Shown piece after piece: positions 19,805 to 30,480 of a DNA stretch of 64,000 nucleotides (its first letter is position 1; every line of letters starts with the position of its first letter). Source of the DNA: Acidimicrobiia bacterium. GTDB taxonomy: Bacteria > Actinomycetota > Acidimicrobiia > Spongiisociales > ZC4RG35. Position numbers and translations under genes: made by a program. The stretch is from positions 680,623-744,622 of the forward strand of contig OZ244856.1 in NCBI GenBank assembly GCA_965220995.1, in the 5' to 3' direction. The notes beneath the pieces are model-generated. The model was given only the letters and a program-made list of their open reading frames with translations. It was not told the origin of the DNA and searched no databases.

Positions 19805-19926
19805 TCCGGTTTGTGCTCCTGGTAGCCGACAATATGGCGGGCCAAGCCTATCCTGAACTGTCCTTCCGCCGCCGAGGGATATTGTCACCGGGTGGACCAT
19901 GGCCCATAAGGGGCCTGACTCTGTGG

Positions 19927-20820
19927 TCAGAACCCGAGAGTCCGGCGGATGCTCCAATGCACCAGGGCGATTCCGACGGCGGTCAGGGCCACTCCGGTGA
20001 CCTCAATTGAAGAAAGGGCCTGACCCAGGGCTACCCAGGCGGTCAGAGTTCCGACGATGGGTTCGGAGGTGGCCGCCACTCCCATCGGCCCTGCGCTGAT
20101 GTGGCGGAGAGCACTCATCAGCAACAGGAACCCCACTCCCATCGCCATGATCGACACCCACCCCACTCCCAGCCAGCCCGCCCAGGACAACTGCGGTATC
20201 TCCACGGGAAGCGCAGCCAGCCAGATCACCGCGGCGATGGTCAAACTGTAAGAACTGTAGGTGAGGGGATGCAGGGTCCTCCCCAGCTTCTCTCCGGTGA
20301 TGGTCAGAGCGGCGTAGGCCACGGCGGCGGACAAACCGGCCAGCACCCCGATCGCATCGGCGTAGTCGGCGGTGAACGCGCCGGTGATCAAACCAATGCC
20401 GGCCACCGCCGCCACCGCGCCCAGCCATCCCGTGGCCGGAACCCGTAGACCCTGAAAGAATCTCCGCCACATCAGCATCAGAATCGGACCCAGGTACTGG
20501 ATGGTGATGCCCGGCCCCACTCCCAGTCGATCCACGGCCACAAAGAAAACGTAGGTAATGAATGCCGTGATGGCCCCCTGCAAGACCAGCAGCCCGAACA
20601 TTCCTCCGTGGTGCATCAAGCCCCGGCGAGCGGCTATCAGGGAGATGAATCCGGCGGCCAGCACCAACCGGTACTGATTGAGTTGAGCAGGACTCATCGA
20701 CGAAAAGAGACCTGACGCCACAGTGCCCGCCACACCGAACAAGGTCCCTCCCGAAAGCGCCATGACAAACCCCAACCCCGGTCGCCGAATGGTCGGCGCC
20801 TGATGCGGAGTGGAAGTCAT
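19927..20820 (-). CDS. EamA/DMT family transporter
   Basis: Ten-TM two-repeat pattern, QYLGP, SEPIVG. Confidence 0.88.
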   Translation of the reverse strand: MTSTPHQAPTIRRPGLGFVMALSGGTLFGVAGTVASGLFSSMSPAQLNQYRLVLAAGFISLIAARRGLMHHGGMFGLLVLQGAITAFITYVFFVAVDRLGVGPGITIQYLGPILMLMWRRFFQGLRVPATGWLGAVAAVAGIGLITGAFTADYADAIGVLAGLSAAVAYAALTITGEKLGRTLHPLTYSSYSLTIAAVIWLAALPVEIPQLSWAGWLGVGWVSIMAMGVGFLLLMSALRHISAGPMGVAATSEPIVGTLTAWVALGQALSSIEVTGVALTAVGIALVHWSIRRTLGF

Positions 20821-20955
20821 CTTCCCAGACTATGCCACAACATCCGACGGAACCTCGTGTCCCGAACCACCCCATCAATACCACTACGGCCCCGAGAGAC
20901 TGCGCAGGTAATCTCAGAACCGTTAACGACCCGACTTGGTTCGCCCAGCCCATTC

Positions 20956-23076
20956 ATGAGACCTCTCGGCGCCCATGCCGCCAAATATCGCATGGGGGTA
21001 GACATCGGAGGGACCTTCACCGATCTGCTCTTGATCGACGACGTTTCCGGCGAGATGGTGGTGGGCAAGGTGCTGACCACCTCGGATGATCCCTCCCGGG
21101 GAGTGGAGCAGGTGGTGGCGGAAGCCTTGGACCGTGTCGGCTTGGACGCGGCCCAGATCAGCCACCTGGTGCATGGCACCACCCTGGTCACCAACACCAT
21201 CATCGAACGCAAGGGCGCCCGCACCGCCCTCTTGGCCACCCAGGGGTTCCGGGATTCGGTGGAAATAGGAAGAGAACACCGCTACGAGCTGTACGACCTG
21301 TTCCTGGAGTTGCCCAAACCCTTGATACCCCGCCATCTTCGCTTCGATGTCCCGGAACGCACCGCGGCGGGCGGGGAGGTGTTGGGAGCGGCCGACGAGG
21401 AAGTAGTCGAAATGCTGGCCGCCGAATTGGCCGGGCGGGGCATCGAAGCGGTGGCGATCTGCTTCCTCCACAGCTTCGCCAATCCCGCCAACGAAGCAGC
21501 GGCCCGGCGGGCGGTGAACCGGGCCGCCCCGGAACTTTTGGTCTCCATCTCCTCGGAAGTGGCCCCCGAAATCCGGGAATATGAGCGCGCCTCCACCACG
21601 ATCGCCAACGTATATGTCCAGCCCTTGGCCGAAACCTACCTGCGGGACCTGGAACAACGTCTCGACAACCTGGGGCTGGAGCGATGCCTGTTTGTCATGT
21701 TGTCATCCGGAGGGATCGCCACGGTGGACACCGCCATTCGATTTCCGATCCGACTGCTTGAGTCGGGTCCCGCGGCGGGAGCCTTGGCGGCGGCCAAACT
21801 CGGCGAGGAAACCGGGAAAGCCGACCTGCTCTCCTTCGACATGGGTGGCACCACCGCCAAGCTGTGTGTCATCTCCGAAGGGAAACCGGAGATCACCTAC
21901 GACTTCGAAGTCGACCGACGCTACCGGTTCCGAAAGGGTTCCGGTCTTCCGGTGAAGACACCGGTGATCGAAATGATCGAGATCGGGGCGGGAGGAGGTT
22001 CCATCGCCCGGATCAACCAACTGGGGTTGCTCAAGATCGGCCCGGAGTCGGCCGGATCGGATCCCGGCCCGGTGTGTTACCGGCTGGGGGGGACCCGGCC
22101 CACCGTCACCGACGCCGATGTGACCCTCGGATATCTCGATCCCGACTATTTCCTGGGGGGCCGCATGACCCTGGACGCCGATGCCGCCCGCCGGGCCATT
22201 GGTGAGGAAATCGCCCAACCCCTGGGGTTGTCCACTCCGCAAGCCGCGTGGGGCATACACCAACTGGTCAACGAGAACATGGCCAACGCCGCCCGGGTCC
22301 ATGTTGTGGAGAGGGGAAAGAACCCCCGCTCTCTGCCGGTGATCGCCTTCGGTGGAGCAGGTCCGGTGCATGGCTACCGGGTCGCCGAGTTGACCGGGAG
22401 TCCGGGGCTGATTCTTCCCCCCGCCGCCGGGGTGGTTTCTGCCCTGGGCTTTCTGGTGGCCCCCTTGGCCTTTGACTTTGTTCGGTCCTACTACACCCGA
22501 ATGGACGACCTGGATTGGAATCATCTCAACCGGATCTTTTCGGAACTGGAAGAACAGGGTACCCGATTGCTGGCCGAATCGGGGGCGGCGCCCCGGCAGA
22601 TCACTCACACCCGCAGCGTGGATATGCGGTATATAGGCCAGGGTCATGAGGTGCGGGTACCCGTTCCCGACGGCAGTCTCAGCGAAAGGCACCGCACCGC
22701 CCTCCAAGAGGATTTCGACCGGGTCTACCGGAACCTCTACGGCCGGGCCGGGCCGGAGGTGGGCTTGGAGGCCCTCACCTGGAGAGTGGTCAGCACCGGA
22801 CCCAAACCGCTTATCCGTCATCAATCCAGCCTCGGTCGTCCTCCGAAACGGGCGGCCCTGAAAGGAGAACGGGCCGCCTATTTCCCCGAGCACTCCGGCT
22901 ATGTGGACACGCCGGTTTACGACCGATACCGGCTGCGGGAAGGCGACCGGATTGCGGGCCCGGCCATTGTGGAAGAGCGGGAGTCCACTGCGGTAATCGG
23001 ACCGCAGGGTGACATTTCGGTTGACGGACGCGGGAACCTGGTGGTCGCGGTTGACGGCCGGGATTCGGCATCATGA
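20956..23076 (+). CDS. Hydantoinase A/5-oxoprolinase N-terminal subunit
   Basis: GVDIGGTFTD, HGTT..TN, EYERASTT, ESGPAAG, DMGGTT, GAGGGS; start approximate. Confidence 0.93.
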   Translation: MRPLGAHAAKYRMGVDIGGTFTDLLLIDDVSGEMVVGKVLTTSDDPSRGVEQVVAEALDRVGLDAAQISHLVHGTTLVTNTIIERKGARTALLATQGFRDSVEIGREHRYELYDLFLELPKPLIPRHLRFDVPERTAAGGEVLGAADEEVVEMLAAELAGRGIEAVAICFLHSFANPANEAAARRAVNRAAPELLVSISSEVAPEIREYERASTTIANVYVQPLAETYLRDLEQRLDNLGLERCLFVMLSSGGIATVDTAIRFPIRLLESGPAAGALAAAKLGEETGKADLLSFDMGGTTAKLCVISEGKPEITYDFEVDRRYRFRKGSGLPVKTPVIEMIEIGAGGGSIARINQLGLLKIGPESAGSDPGPVCYRLGGTRPTVTDADVTLGYLDPDYFLGGRMTLDADAARRAIGEEIAQPLGLSTPQAAWGIHQLVNENMANAARVHVVERGKNPRSLPVIAFGGAGPVHGYRVAELTGSPGLILPPAAGVVSALGFLVAPLAFDFVRSYYTRMDDLDWNHLNRIFSELEEQGTRLLAESGAAPRQITHTRSVDMRYIGQGHEVRVPVPDGSLSERHRTALQEDFDRVYRNLYGRAGPEVGLEALTWRVVSTGPKPLIRHQSSLGRPPKRAALKGERAAYFPEHSGYVDTPVYDRYRLREGDRIAGPAIVEERESTAVIGPQGDISVDGRGNLVVAVDGRDSAS

Positions 23077-24821
23077 ACGAGCGGGACCCCATCTTCCTGG
23101 AGGTGCTCTGGAACCGGCTGTTGTCGGTGGTGAATGAACAGCAGGTGGCTCTGATGCGCACCGCCTTCAGCACCATCGTCCGGGAGACCCAGGATCTGGC
23201 CTGCGGGGTGTTCAACACCCGGGGGGAAATGGTGGGACAGTCCCTCACCGGCACTCCCGGGCACATCAACGCCATGGCGACGGGCATGCAACACCTTCTG
23301 GCCGAATATCCCCCGCAACGACTGGCGGAAGGGGATGTGCTGCTCACCAACGACCCGTGGATGACCGCCGGTCAAATCAACGACATCACCGTGGCCACTC
23401 CGGTGTTTCGCCAAGGGCGCATAGTGGGGTACTTCGCCAACACCTGCCATGCGGCGGACATCGGAGGCAGGATCCTTTCCGCGGAGGCCCGGGAGGTCTA
23501 CGAGGAGGGACTGCGCCTTCCCATCATGAAACTGTTTCGACAGGGGAACATCAACCGGGACCTGATCAAACTGGTCCGGGCCAACGTACGCACCCCCGAC
23601 GAGACGGTGGGGGATCTGTATGCCCAGACCACCAGCAACGAGGTGGGGGCGCGGGCGCTATTGGAGTTCATGGACGAGTTCGATCTCGATTCCATCGATC
23701 CGGTGGCCGACGAGATAATGGACCGCTCCGAAGAGGCTATGCGTCGATCCATCCGGACCATTCCCAACGGCCTCTACGAACACGAGACTCACAGCGACGG
23801 ATTCGAGGCCCCGATCAAGATCAAGGTGGCTGTGACTGTGGAGGACCGGGACATTTACATCGACTTTGCCGGGTCCTCGCCTGAGAGCCCACGTGGAATC
23901 AACGTGGTCTTCAACTACACCCACGCCTACGCCTCTTTCGCCATGAAGGCCGCCGTCAGCCCCGAGGTTCCCCATAACGAGGGGGCCTTTCGCCCGGTGC
24001 ACGTGTCGGCGCCGCGGGGCTCCATCCTCAACTGCCGACCCCCTGCAGCCGTTGCCTCCCGCCACATCCTGGGGCATTTTCTTCCGGGAGTCATCTTCGG
24101 CGCCCTGGCCAAGGCTTTGCCCCTGATGGCGGCCGGGTCCGATCCCATTTGGATCAGCGTCTTCCGGGGACGCCCCCGGGAGCGAACGGACCTCTTCACT
24201 TTCAGCCTCTTCCAGTGCGGGGGCGGGGGCGCCCGATCCGGCAAGGACGGCCTGAGCGCCACCGGGTTTCCCAGCGGGGTGGCGGGGGTGCCCGCCGAGG
24301 CCGTGGAAACCCTGTCTTCGCTGATCCAACACCAACGGGCGCTTCGTCCGGACTCCGGGGGTCCGGGGCAATTCCGGGGAGGACTCGGGCAGTACACCGA
24401 GATGGGCTGCCGCACCGAACAGCCCTGGACGGTTTCGGCCATGGTAGACCGGATCCACCATCCGCCGGAGGGAATACTGGGCGGTCGCCCCGGCGCCGAG
24501 GGAGAGTTGCTGATCGATGGCCAGGAGGAGGCCCGACCCAAGACGCTTCTCACCCTCCAACCCCAACAGCGACTGCAATTGAATCTGCCCGGCGGCGGAG
24601 GGTTCGGCGATCCCTTGGAACGTGATCCGCAAATGGTGCTGGACGATGTGGTGGACGGCTACGTGTCGCTCGCCGCCGCCGAACGGGATTATGGAGTGAT
24701 AGTGAAGTACACAGGCGGCCCCCGACAGATGGTGCGCCTTCCCGAGGACTATGTCCTGGATGTGCAGGCCACCCAACAACTGCGAGCCGACCGGCGCAAT
24801 GCCCGTATAGTCGAACGCTAA
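23073..24821 (+). CDS. Hydantoinase B/oxoprolinase family subunit
   Basis: RTAFS..VRE, NDPW, HAADIGG, EEGL, DSGGPGQFRGG, PGGGGFGDP. Confidence 0.93.
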   Translation: MNERDPIFLEVLWNRLLSVVNEQQVALMRTAFSTIVRETQDLACGVFNTRGEMVGQSLTGTPGHINAMATGMQHLLAEYPPQRLAEGDVLLTNDPWMTAGQINDITVATPVFRQGRIVGYFANTCHAADIGGRILSAEAREVYEEGLRLPIMKLFRQGNINRDLIKLVRANVRTPDETVGDLYAQTTSNEVGARALLEFMDEFDLDSIDPVADEIMDRSEEAMRRSIRTIPNGLYEHETHSDGFEAPIKIKVAVTVEDRDIYIDFAGSSPESPRGINVVFNYTHAYASFAMKAAVSPEVPHNEGAFRPVHVSAPRGSILNCRPPAAVASRHILGHFLPGVIFGALAKALPLMAAGSDPIWISVFRGRPRERTDLFTFSLFQCGGGGARSGKDGLSATGFPSGVAGVPAEAVETLSSLIQHQRALRPDSGGPGQFRGGLGQYTEMGCRTEQPWTVSAMVDRIHHPPEGILGGRPGAEGELLIDGQEEARPKTLLTLQPQQRLQLNLPGGGGFGDPLERDPQMVLDDVVDGYVSLAAAERDYGVIVKYTGGPRQMVRLPEDYVLDVQATQQLRADRRNARIVER

Positions 24822-25222
24822 TGAGCTACCTGCCCGACAACAACGCCGAGGAGTCTCACACCTGGCTCGATCGTGCCCGCATACAGGTTGACCTGGCCGG
24901 TTTTGCGGCCGGCCGCCAGTATTGGCATGAGGCGTGCCATCACCTGGTGTGTGCGGCGGAACTGGCCGTCAAAGCGGTGTACATATCCGAGAACATCTCC
25001 GTACCCCGCAGGCACATTCTCTGGGATCTGTTGCTTGCCTGCCCGTTAGCCTCGGTCCGAGAGCAGGTGAGCCAGGCCTTCGTTGAAACGGCCCTCAATC
25101 GGTTTTCCGGCTATTACTTCAGTGTGTATCCCGATGGGGAGGACGCTGATCAAGGTATCTACATATGGTGTTCCCGGATAACGGAGCAAGTTGTGAAATC
25201 GGTGGAGGAGGCTCTGCTATGA
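24821..25222 (+). CDS. HEPN domain protein
   Basis: WLDRA..DL, ACHH...AAELAVKA, PRRHIL, YP motif; adjacent to an MNT gene. Confidence 0.8.
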   Translation: MSYLPDNNAEESHTWLDRARIQVDLAGFAAGRQYWHEACHHLVCAAELAVKAVYISENISVPRRHILWDLLLACPLASVREQVSQAFVETALNRFSGYYFSVYPDGEDADQGIYIWCSRITEQVVKSVEEALL

Positions 25223-25674
25223 CCCTGTATGTGGTCGGGAAGGAGGAGGGAGGACGGCCACCGCCGGAGGTTCCCACGCCCGACCGGGACCTTCGGGACG
25301 AGCAGAAGCAGGCACAAACCCAGGGACGGCCCCTCCCCCACCCGGGACTGCCGCGCGACTATGTCAACGAGGCTCTTTCCGCCGCGCGGCTGTTCCAGCC
25401 GGACAAGGTATTCCTGTTTGGCTCGGTGGCGCGCGGCGAGGACACCCTCGAATCCGACATCGACTTGCTGGTTGCGGTGGATGACCTTCCCCTGGTCAGC
25501 TGGAAAGACTGGTCGTTTGCCATCAGCTGGGCGGCTCGCCGGTTTTGTCCTTTCAAAGTAGACGTCAAAATAACCGACGTGGAAGACCTGGAACGCCGCA
25601 AGGAAGTGGTCACCAGCCCTTGCATGTGGGTGCGCAAAGAGGGCATACTGTTGTACGACCGCGAGGACAAGTAA
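25219..25674 (+). CDS. Minimal nucleotidyltransferase (MNT)
   Basis: FLFGSVARGE...SDIDLLV (GSx10DxD), VDV, EGILLY. Confidence 0.88.
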   Translation: MTLYVVGKEEGGRPPPEVPTPDRDLRDEQKQAQTQGRPLPHPGLPRDYVNEALSAARLFQPDKVFLFGSVARGEDTLESDIDLLVAVDDLPLVSWKDWSFAISWAARRFCPFKVDVKITDVEDLERRKEVVTSPCMWVRKEGILLYDREDK

Positions 25675-26792
25675 TGACCGGAAACGATCCAATCAGAGTG
25701 GCAGTGGTGGGGGCGAGTCCCCCCGGCTTCGGGGACCGGGCGCACCTGCCGGCGATCAAAGCCGCTCCCGGACTGATCCTGGAAGCGGTTTGCACCACCC
25801 GGGAGGAGACCGCCCGGGCCGCCGCCCGCAAATGGGACGCCCGCAAGTGGTATGTGGGTGTGGAAGACCTGTGCCACGATCCCGACGTGGACCTGGTAAC
25901 CGTGGCGGTTCGTCCCCGCATGCACCATCCCCTGACTATGGCGGCACTGGGAGCGGGAAAGCCGGTTTTCTGCGAATGGCCCCTGGCCCTCAATACCCCG
26001 GAAGCCCGGGAGATGGCTTCGGCGGCCGAGCAGGGAGGCGTGCCCACCGCGGTGGGCCTGCAGGGCCGGTTCGCCCCGGCGGTGGCTTGGGCGCGCCGAC
26101 TGGTAGCCGACGGCGCGGTGGGAAAACCCCTGTCCTTTGTGGTCTCCCAGATGCTTTCCAAGTTTGAGGTGGACACCGACCGTTCCTGGCTGGTTCGCCA
26201 CGAAGAAGCCAGCGGGGCCCTGTTCGTGGCCTTTGGCCATGTGATGGATTCGGTCCGCTTCATCCTGGGAGATGTGGAGAACATCTCCGCCCGCCAACTC
26301 ACTCTCTCGCCCGGGGGCGCCTACACCGAGGGCGGAACATTCACCTGGAAGACCGCCGACACGGTGATGGCCATGGCCGAGTTGGTCAACGGAATAGTGG
26401 GGACGGCCTACGTCTCCAACACCACTTCGCCGCCCATGGGATATTCGCTGCGAATAATCGGCGAGGAGGGACAAATCGTGTTGGGCGCCCCCTCCTATTA
26501 CCAATTCAGCCCCGTTCGGGTATCCCGGGGACCGCTGCAGGTCTCGGTGGGCCGGGGGGAATCAGAACAAATGGAGGAAATAGCGATTCCCACCGGCTAT
26601 TTCTCGGATCTTTCGGTCACCGAAGGCCATTCCTCCTACAACGTGGCCAGGGCGCTCACCGCCTTCGCTGATACTGTCCGGGGAGGACCACCTTTCCACC
26701 CCGATTTTCGGGACGGAGTAGGCCTGCATCGCCTGCTTGACGCAGTTATGAAGTCGAGTAGCACCGGAAGGCGACAAACCGTCGAACGCTGA
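25674..26792 (+). CDS. Gfo/Idh/MocA family oxidoreductase
   Basis: IRVAVVGA, DPDVDLV, GKPVFCEWPLA; TAATG coupling. Confidence 0.92.
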   Translation: MTGNDPIRVAVVGASPPGFGDRAHLPAIKAAPGLILEAVCTTREETARAAARKWDARKWYVGVEDLCHDPDVDLVTVAVRPRMHHPLTMAALGAGKPVFCEWPLALNTPEAREMASAAEQGGVPTAVGLQGRFAPAVAWARRLVADGAVGKPLSFVVSQMLSKFEVDTDRSWLVRHEEASGALFVAFGHVMDSVRFILGDVENISARQLTLSPGGAYTEGGTFTWKTADTVMAMAELVNGIVGTAYVSNTTSPPMGYSLRIIGEEGQIVLGAPSYYQFSPVRVSRGPLQVSVGRGESEQMEEIAIPTGYFSDLSVTEGHSSYNVARALTAFADTVRGGPPFHPDFRDGVGLHRLLDAVMKSSSTGRRQTVER

Positions 26793-26851
26793 TCAGAGTA
26801 CTCCAATGCTCGGTCCAATGGGACCTCTCTACAATGGGATCGGAACCGCCC

Positions 26852-26922
26852 GCGGGTGTAGTTCAATGGCAGAACACGAGCTTCCCAAGCTCGGAGTGGG
26901 GGTTCGATTCCCCTCACCCGCT
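26852..26922 (+). tRNA. tRNA-Gly(CCC)
   Basis: Cloverleaf: acceptor GCGGGTG/CACCCGC, D-arm GTTC/GAAC, anticodon arm CGAGC-TTCCCAA-GCTCG, TTCGATT loop; CCA not fully encoded; TACAAT -10 at 26830. Confidence 0.96.
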
Positions 26923-27030
26923 CCCTTTTCGGAGACGCTTCCCGGCTGGTTCGTTCCTGCACCGACAAGTTAACTTCGGGCCGGACCAGGTCCCTGGGAA
27001 GCTAACCTGTGAATAGGTTTACACACAAAG

Positions 27031-30000
27031 ATGAAGGACTCCAAAGTGGAAAAGTTGCGCCGGAAAATGATGACTCTCTTGGCTGGTTTGGTCTTGGTGA
27101 CCGGGGTGCCGGTCGGCCAGGTGGCGGCCGACGCTGGAACTCCGCAGGATGTGGGATCCAACGATTACCATCGTACGGCGGTCGAAGCCCTCGACTCGGT
27201 AGGCCTCTTCATCGGCACCGACTGCTCGGATGACACTTTTTGTCCGGACGAACCTATTACCCGCTGGGCGGCGGCGGTCTGGCTGGGCAGAGCGATCTAC
27301 GGTGTCCACCTGGGAGAGGAATCACGGTTCACCGACCTGGATGACGAGGTCCGGTGGGCCGGCCCATACATCGAAATCTTGGTGAATGAGGGGATTTTCG
27401 AAGAGTGCAGCACCGATCCCCTCAGCTTCTGTCCCCGGGACACTCTCACCCGGTCGGAGGTGGCCACCGTTTTCGCTCGGGCATTCGATCTCCCGCGGGT
27501 GGGTTATGTGGGATTCGGAGACCTGGCAGGTGTCACCAACGCCGCCGATATCGATTCTCTCGGGGCGGCCGGAATAACTGTTGGGTGTTCCGCGGATCCT
27601 TTGCTCTTCTGCCCCATGGAGACCGTAACTCGTGCGCAAATGGCCAGTCTGCTGGCAAGAGCCTTGGGGATGGTGCCCCTGCCCGGCTACCAACCGGCCA
27701 TGGACTCCACTCCGCTGCCAAGCGATCCGGCCGTTCGGACCGGCACTCTCGACAACGGTTACACCTACTACCTGCGAGAGAACGACCGCCCCGGCAACAG
27801 CATGACGCTGAGACTGGTAGTCAAGGCGGGATCGATCAACGAGCCCGCACCGGAGTTGGGAATGGCCCACTTTGTGGAGCACATGCTCTTTCGGGGAACC
27901 GAGGAATACACCCCCGACGAGTTCAACGCCGTCCTACGTTCGCTGGGAGCGGAATTCGGCCCCGATGTGAACGCCGATGTCTGGTACGACCAGACCGTCT
28001 ACGATCTCACCGTCACCACAGATCCCGTCGAGAACGTCGATACGGCGTTGCACGTCCTGTCACAGATGGGCCACGCCGCCCTGATCGACCCCGACGCGGT
28101 GGCGTCGGAACGGGGTGTGGTGCTTGATGAACTCCGGTACCGGACGGCCACAGCCAGTGGCCAGATTTCGGCCGAATTCGACCGGGTATACACCCAGGGG
28201 ACCTCGTATGAGGGCTATTACCCCATCGGGACCGTGTCCGGGATCGAGTCGACCACCGCACAGGACCTTCGGGAGTTCTACGAAACTTGGTACGTACCCT
28301 CCAACATGGCGATCGTGGCGGTTGGCGACCTTCCCACCAATGATCTCTACGCTCTGGTCGAAGAGCACTTCGGGTCGGTGGAGCCCGGTGAAGCCCCTGA
28401 TTTCAACCTGGACCTCACTCTTTCCTCCACCAACTCCTACGATGTGGTGACGGACGACGAATACGGCCTGTCTTTCATTTCCCTCGACATCCCGATCCCC
28501 ACGTTTGATTATTCCACCGTGGGCGGGGAGCGTCTCCTCATGTTGGAGAGCCTGGCCGCCACCATGGTTCAGAACCGACTCGAAGACGCCTTCTATCGCG
28601 GGGAACTGACCCAGGTGGATGTCCCTCACTTCGGCACATTCAACCACAACCAGGGTCTGCGTTACTACGGCACCAACTGGCAGGGAGAGAATCTCGACAC
28701 CGCATCAAGAGACTATGTATCGGTGTTGGAGACGGTCCAACGGTACGGCTTTAACGATGACGACCTGGCCCGAGCCACGGAACGATACCTTGCTTCGCTC
28801 GAACACCAGCTTGACAATGTCGGTTCCACCAGGGACACCGAATATGCGGAAACCTACATCGCCCATTTCTTGTCGGGAGTGGACATAAGCGAGCCGCAGG
28901 AACGCCACGACCGCCTCTCGTCCCTCATGGAGGGCGTTACCCCTCAAGAGTTGACCGATCACTTCCGCTGGCTGATGAACCAGGGCGCTCTGATTGTGAT
29001 CGCAGTCGGCCCCAACGAGGACGCCGTTCCCTCGACGGCCGATCTGGAAGCCGCCGTGGAAGCCGCCGAACCCCGCAGCGAGCCGCCTCCGATCGAGCCC
29101 GAAATCGACGCGTTGATGGAGGTTCCGGAGCCGGTGGGTCCCGTTGCTACCCGCAATCTGTCTGTGGTAGACGCCACCGAATGGGAGTTCGCCAACGGAG
29201 CGCGGGTGGTGTTCGTCTACTCGGATATCGAAGAAGCCACCGTAAACATCCGGACGCGATCTCTGGGAGGATGGTCAACGCTCTATCCCGGCGCCTGGGC
29301 CCTGGCGCCTCGCGCCGCGGAAGCAGTGTTCGGCAGTGGTTTCGGCGATCTGAGCAAGCTGCAGATGGACCGGTTCCTCGGAGACATCAATGCCACCCTG
29401 AGCGCCGCAATCGGCGAGACGGCTGAGGGTTTTGACGGCGCAGCCAACACCGAAGACCTTGAGACGCTGTTCCAGTTGCTCCATCTGGGGGTTACCGCCC
29501 CCCGGGTAGACGAGCTTGCCTTTGGTCAGGCCCTCAACGGCGCCGCCATTCGCACGTCCTTCGCCGAGGTGAACCCGGCCTGGCAGGCGTGGGTGGCCTA
29601 CCACGAGGCCCGCTACGGCACCGACTGGCACCGCCCGGTGGCCACCCGGGAACAGTTGGCCACCTTGAACGCCGAGGCGCTTCTGAACCTGTACCAGGAA
29701 CGCCTGGGGGAGGTGGACGACATGATGATGGTAGTGGTGGGCGACACCAACGCCGAAGAGGTCGAGAGACTGGCCCGTCTCTACATCGGGACCCTACCGG
29801 CGGGCGACCCCGACACTTTTGTCGACCGGCACCCACCCTTCCCCGGCGAAGTGGTACGCCGCGTGATTCCCATCACCGCGGATCAAAGCGCCGTGCTGGA
29901 AGCATCCTATGAGGCGGAAATAGGGATTTCCGACTATACGTCCACCCGAGTGAACGCCCGCGTGCTGCAATCCATCCTGGATGATCGCCTCTTCCGGCTG

Positions 30001-30420
30001 GTACGTGAAGAACTGGGCGCCTCCTATGTTGCGGGCGCTTCCGTCAACACCTCTTTCACGCCCCGACCCAAGGTTTCTTCGGACCTCTTCTACACGGTGG
30101 ATGCCGATGGCTACAACAACGCCTACCAGCGGCTTCTCTCCATCCTGGCCGATATGGTTGCCAACGGGCCTACCGCCGCAGAGCTGGAACAGGCCAAGAC
30201 TGTTGTTGAGGCCGACTACCGCGAAGTGACCAATGGAGATCTGCTCGGACTGTTGATCAACCGGTTACATCTTGACGACGACCACCTGCCCACCTCCCAG
30301 GCTTCCCTGGAGACCCTCGAAGCAGTCACCGTCTCGTCGGTGAAGGCACTGGCGGCGGCTCTGTTCGATCAGGAGGGGCGCGTGGAGATCGTCCGCCGGC
30401 CCATCAGCGCGGACGAATGA
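27031..30420 (+). CDS. Secreted SLH-domain/M16 (insulinase, PqqL-like) zinc protease fusion
   Basis: Signal peptide, three SLH repeats (FCP...TR.xxA), HFVEHMLFRGT inverted zincin motif, ERGVV..E, WYVPSNM. Confidence 0.92.
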   Translation: MKDSKVEKLRRKMMTLLAGLVLVTGVPVGQVAADAGTPQDVGSNDYHRTAVEALDSVGLFIGTDCSDDTFCPDEPITRWAAAVWLGRAIYGVHLGEESRFTDLDDEVRWAGPYIEILVNEGIFEECSTDPLSFCPRDTLTRSEVATVFARAFDLPRVGYVGFGDLAGVTNAADIDSLGAAGITVGCSADPLLFCPMETVTRAQMASLLARALGMVPLPGYQPAMDSTPLPSDPAVRTGTLDNGYTYYLRENDRPGNSMTLRLVVKAGSINEPAPELGMAHFVEHMLFRGTEEYTPDEFNAVLRSLGAEFGPDVNADVWYDQTVYDLTVTTDPVENVDTALHVLSQMGHAALIDPDAVASERGVVLDELRYRTATASGQISAEFDRVYTQGTSYEGYYPIGTVSGIESTTAQDLREFYETWYVPSNMAIVAVGDLPTNDLYALVEEHFGSVEPGEAPDFNLDLTLSSTNSYDVVTDDEYGLSFISLDIPIPTFDYSTVGGERLLMLESLAATMVQNRLEDAFYRGELTQVDVPHFGTFNHNQGLRYYGTNWQGENLDTASRDYVSVLETVQRYGFNDDDLARATERYLASLEHQLDNVGSTRDTEYAETYIAHFLSGVDISEPQERHDRLSSLMEGVTPQELTDHFRWLMNQGALIVIAVGPNEDAVPSTADLEAAVEAAEPRSEPPPIEPEIDALMEVPEPVGPVATRNLSVVDATEWEFANGARVVFVYSDIEEATVNIRTRSLGGWSTLYPGAWALAPRAAEAVFGSGFGDLSKLQMDRFLGDINATLSAAIGETAEGFDGAANTEDLETLFQLLHLGVTAPRVDELAFGQALNGAAIRTSFAEVNPAWQAWVAYHEARYGTDWHRPVATREQLATLNAEALLNLYQERLGEVDDMMMVVVGDTNAEEVERLARLYIGTLPAGDPDTFVDRHPPFPGEVVRRVIPITADQSAVLEASYEAEIGISDYTSTRVNARVLQSILDDRLFRLVREELGASYVAGASVNTSFTPRPKVSSDLFYTVDADGYNNAYQRLLSILADMVANGPTAAELEQAKTVVEADYREVTNGDLLGLLINRLHLDDDHLPTSQASLETLEAVTVSSVKALAAALFDQEGRVEIVRRPISADE

Positions 30421-30480
30421 ACAGAGCAACCAGGGCACAAGTGAGGTGACCGACGGTGGTCGTCGGGGATAAGGAGAACC

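Noticed and set aside
26852-27030. tRNA-Gly as integration site of an island
   Set aside because: No integrase and no duplicated tRNA 3' end noticed in the window
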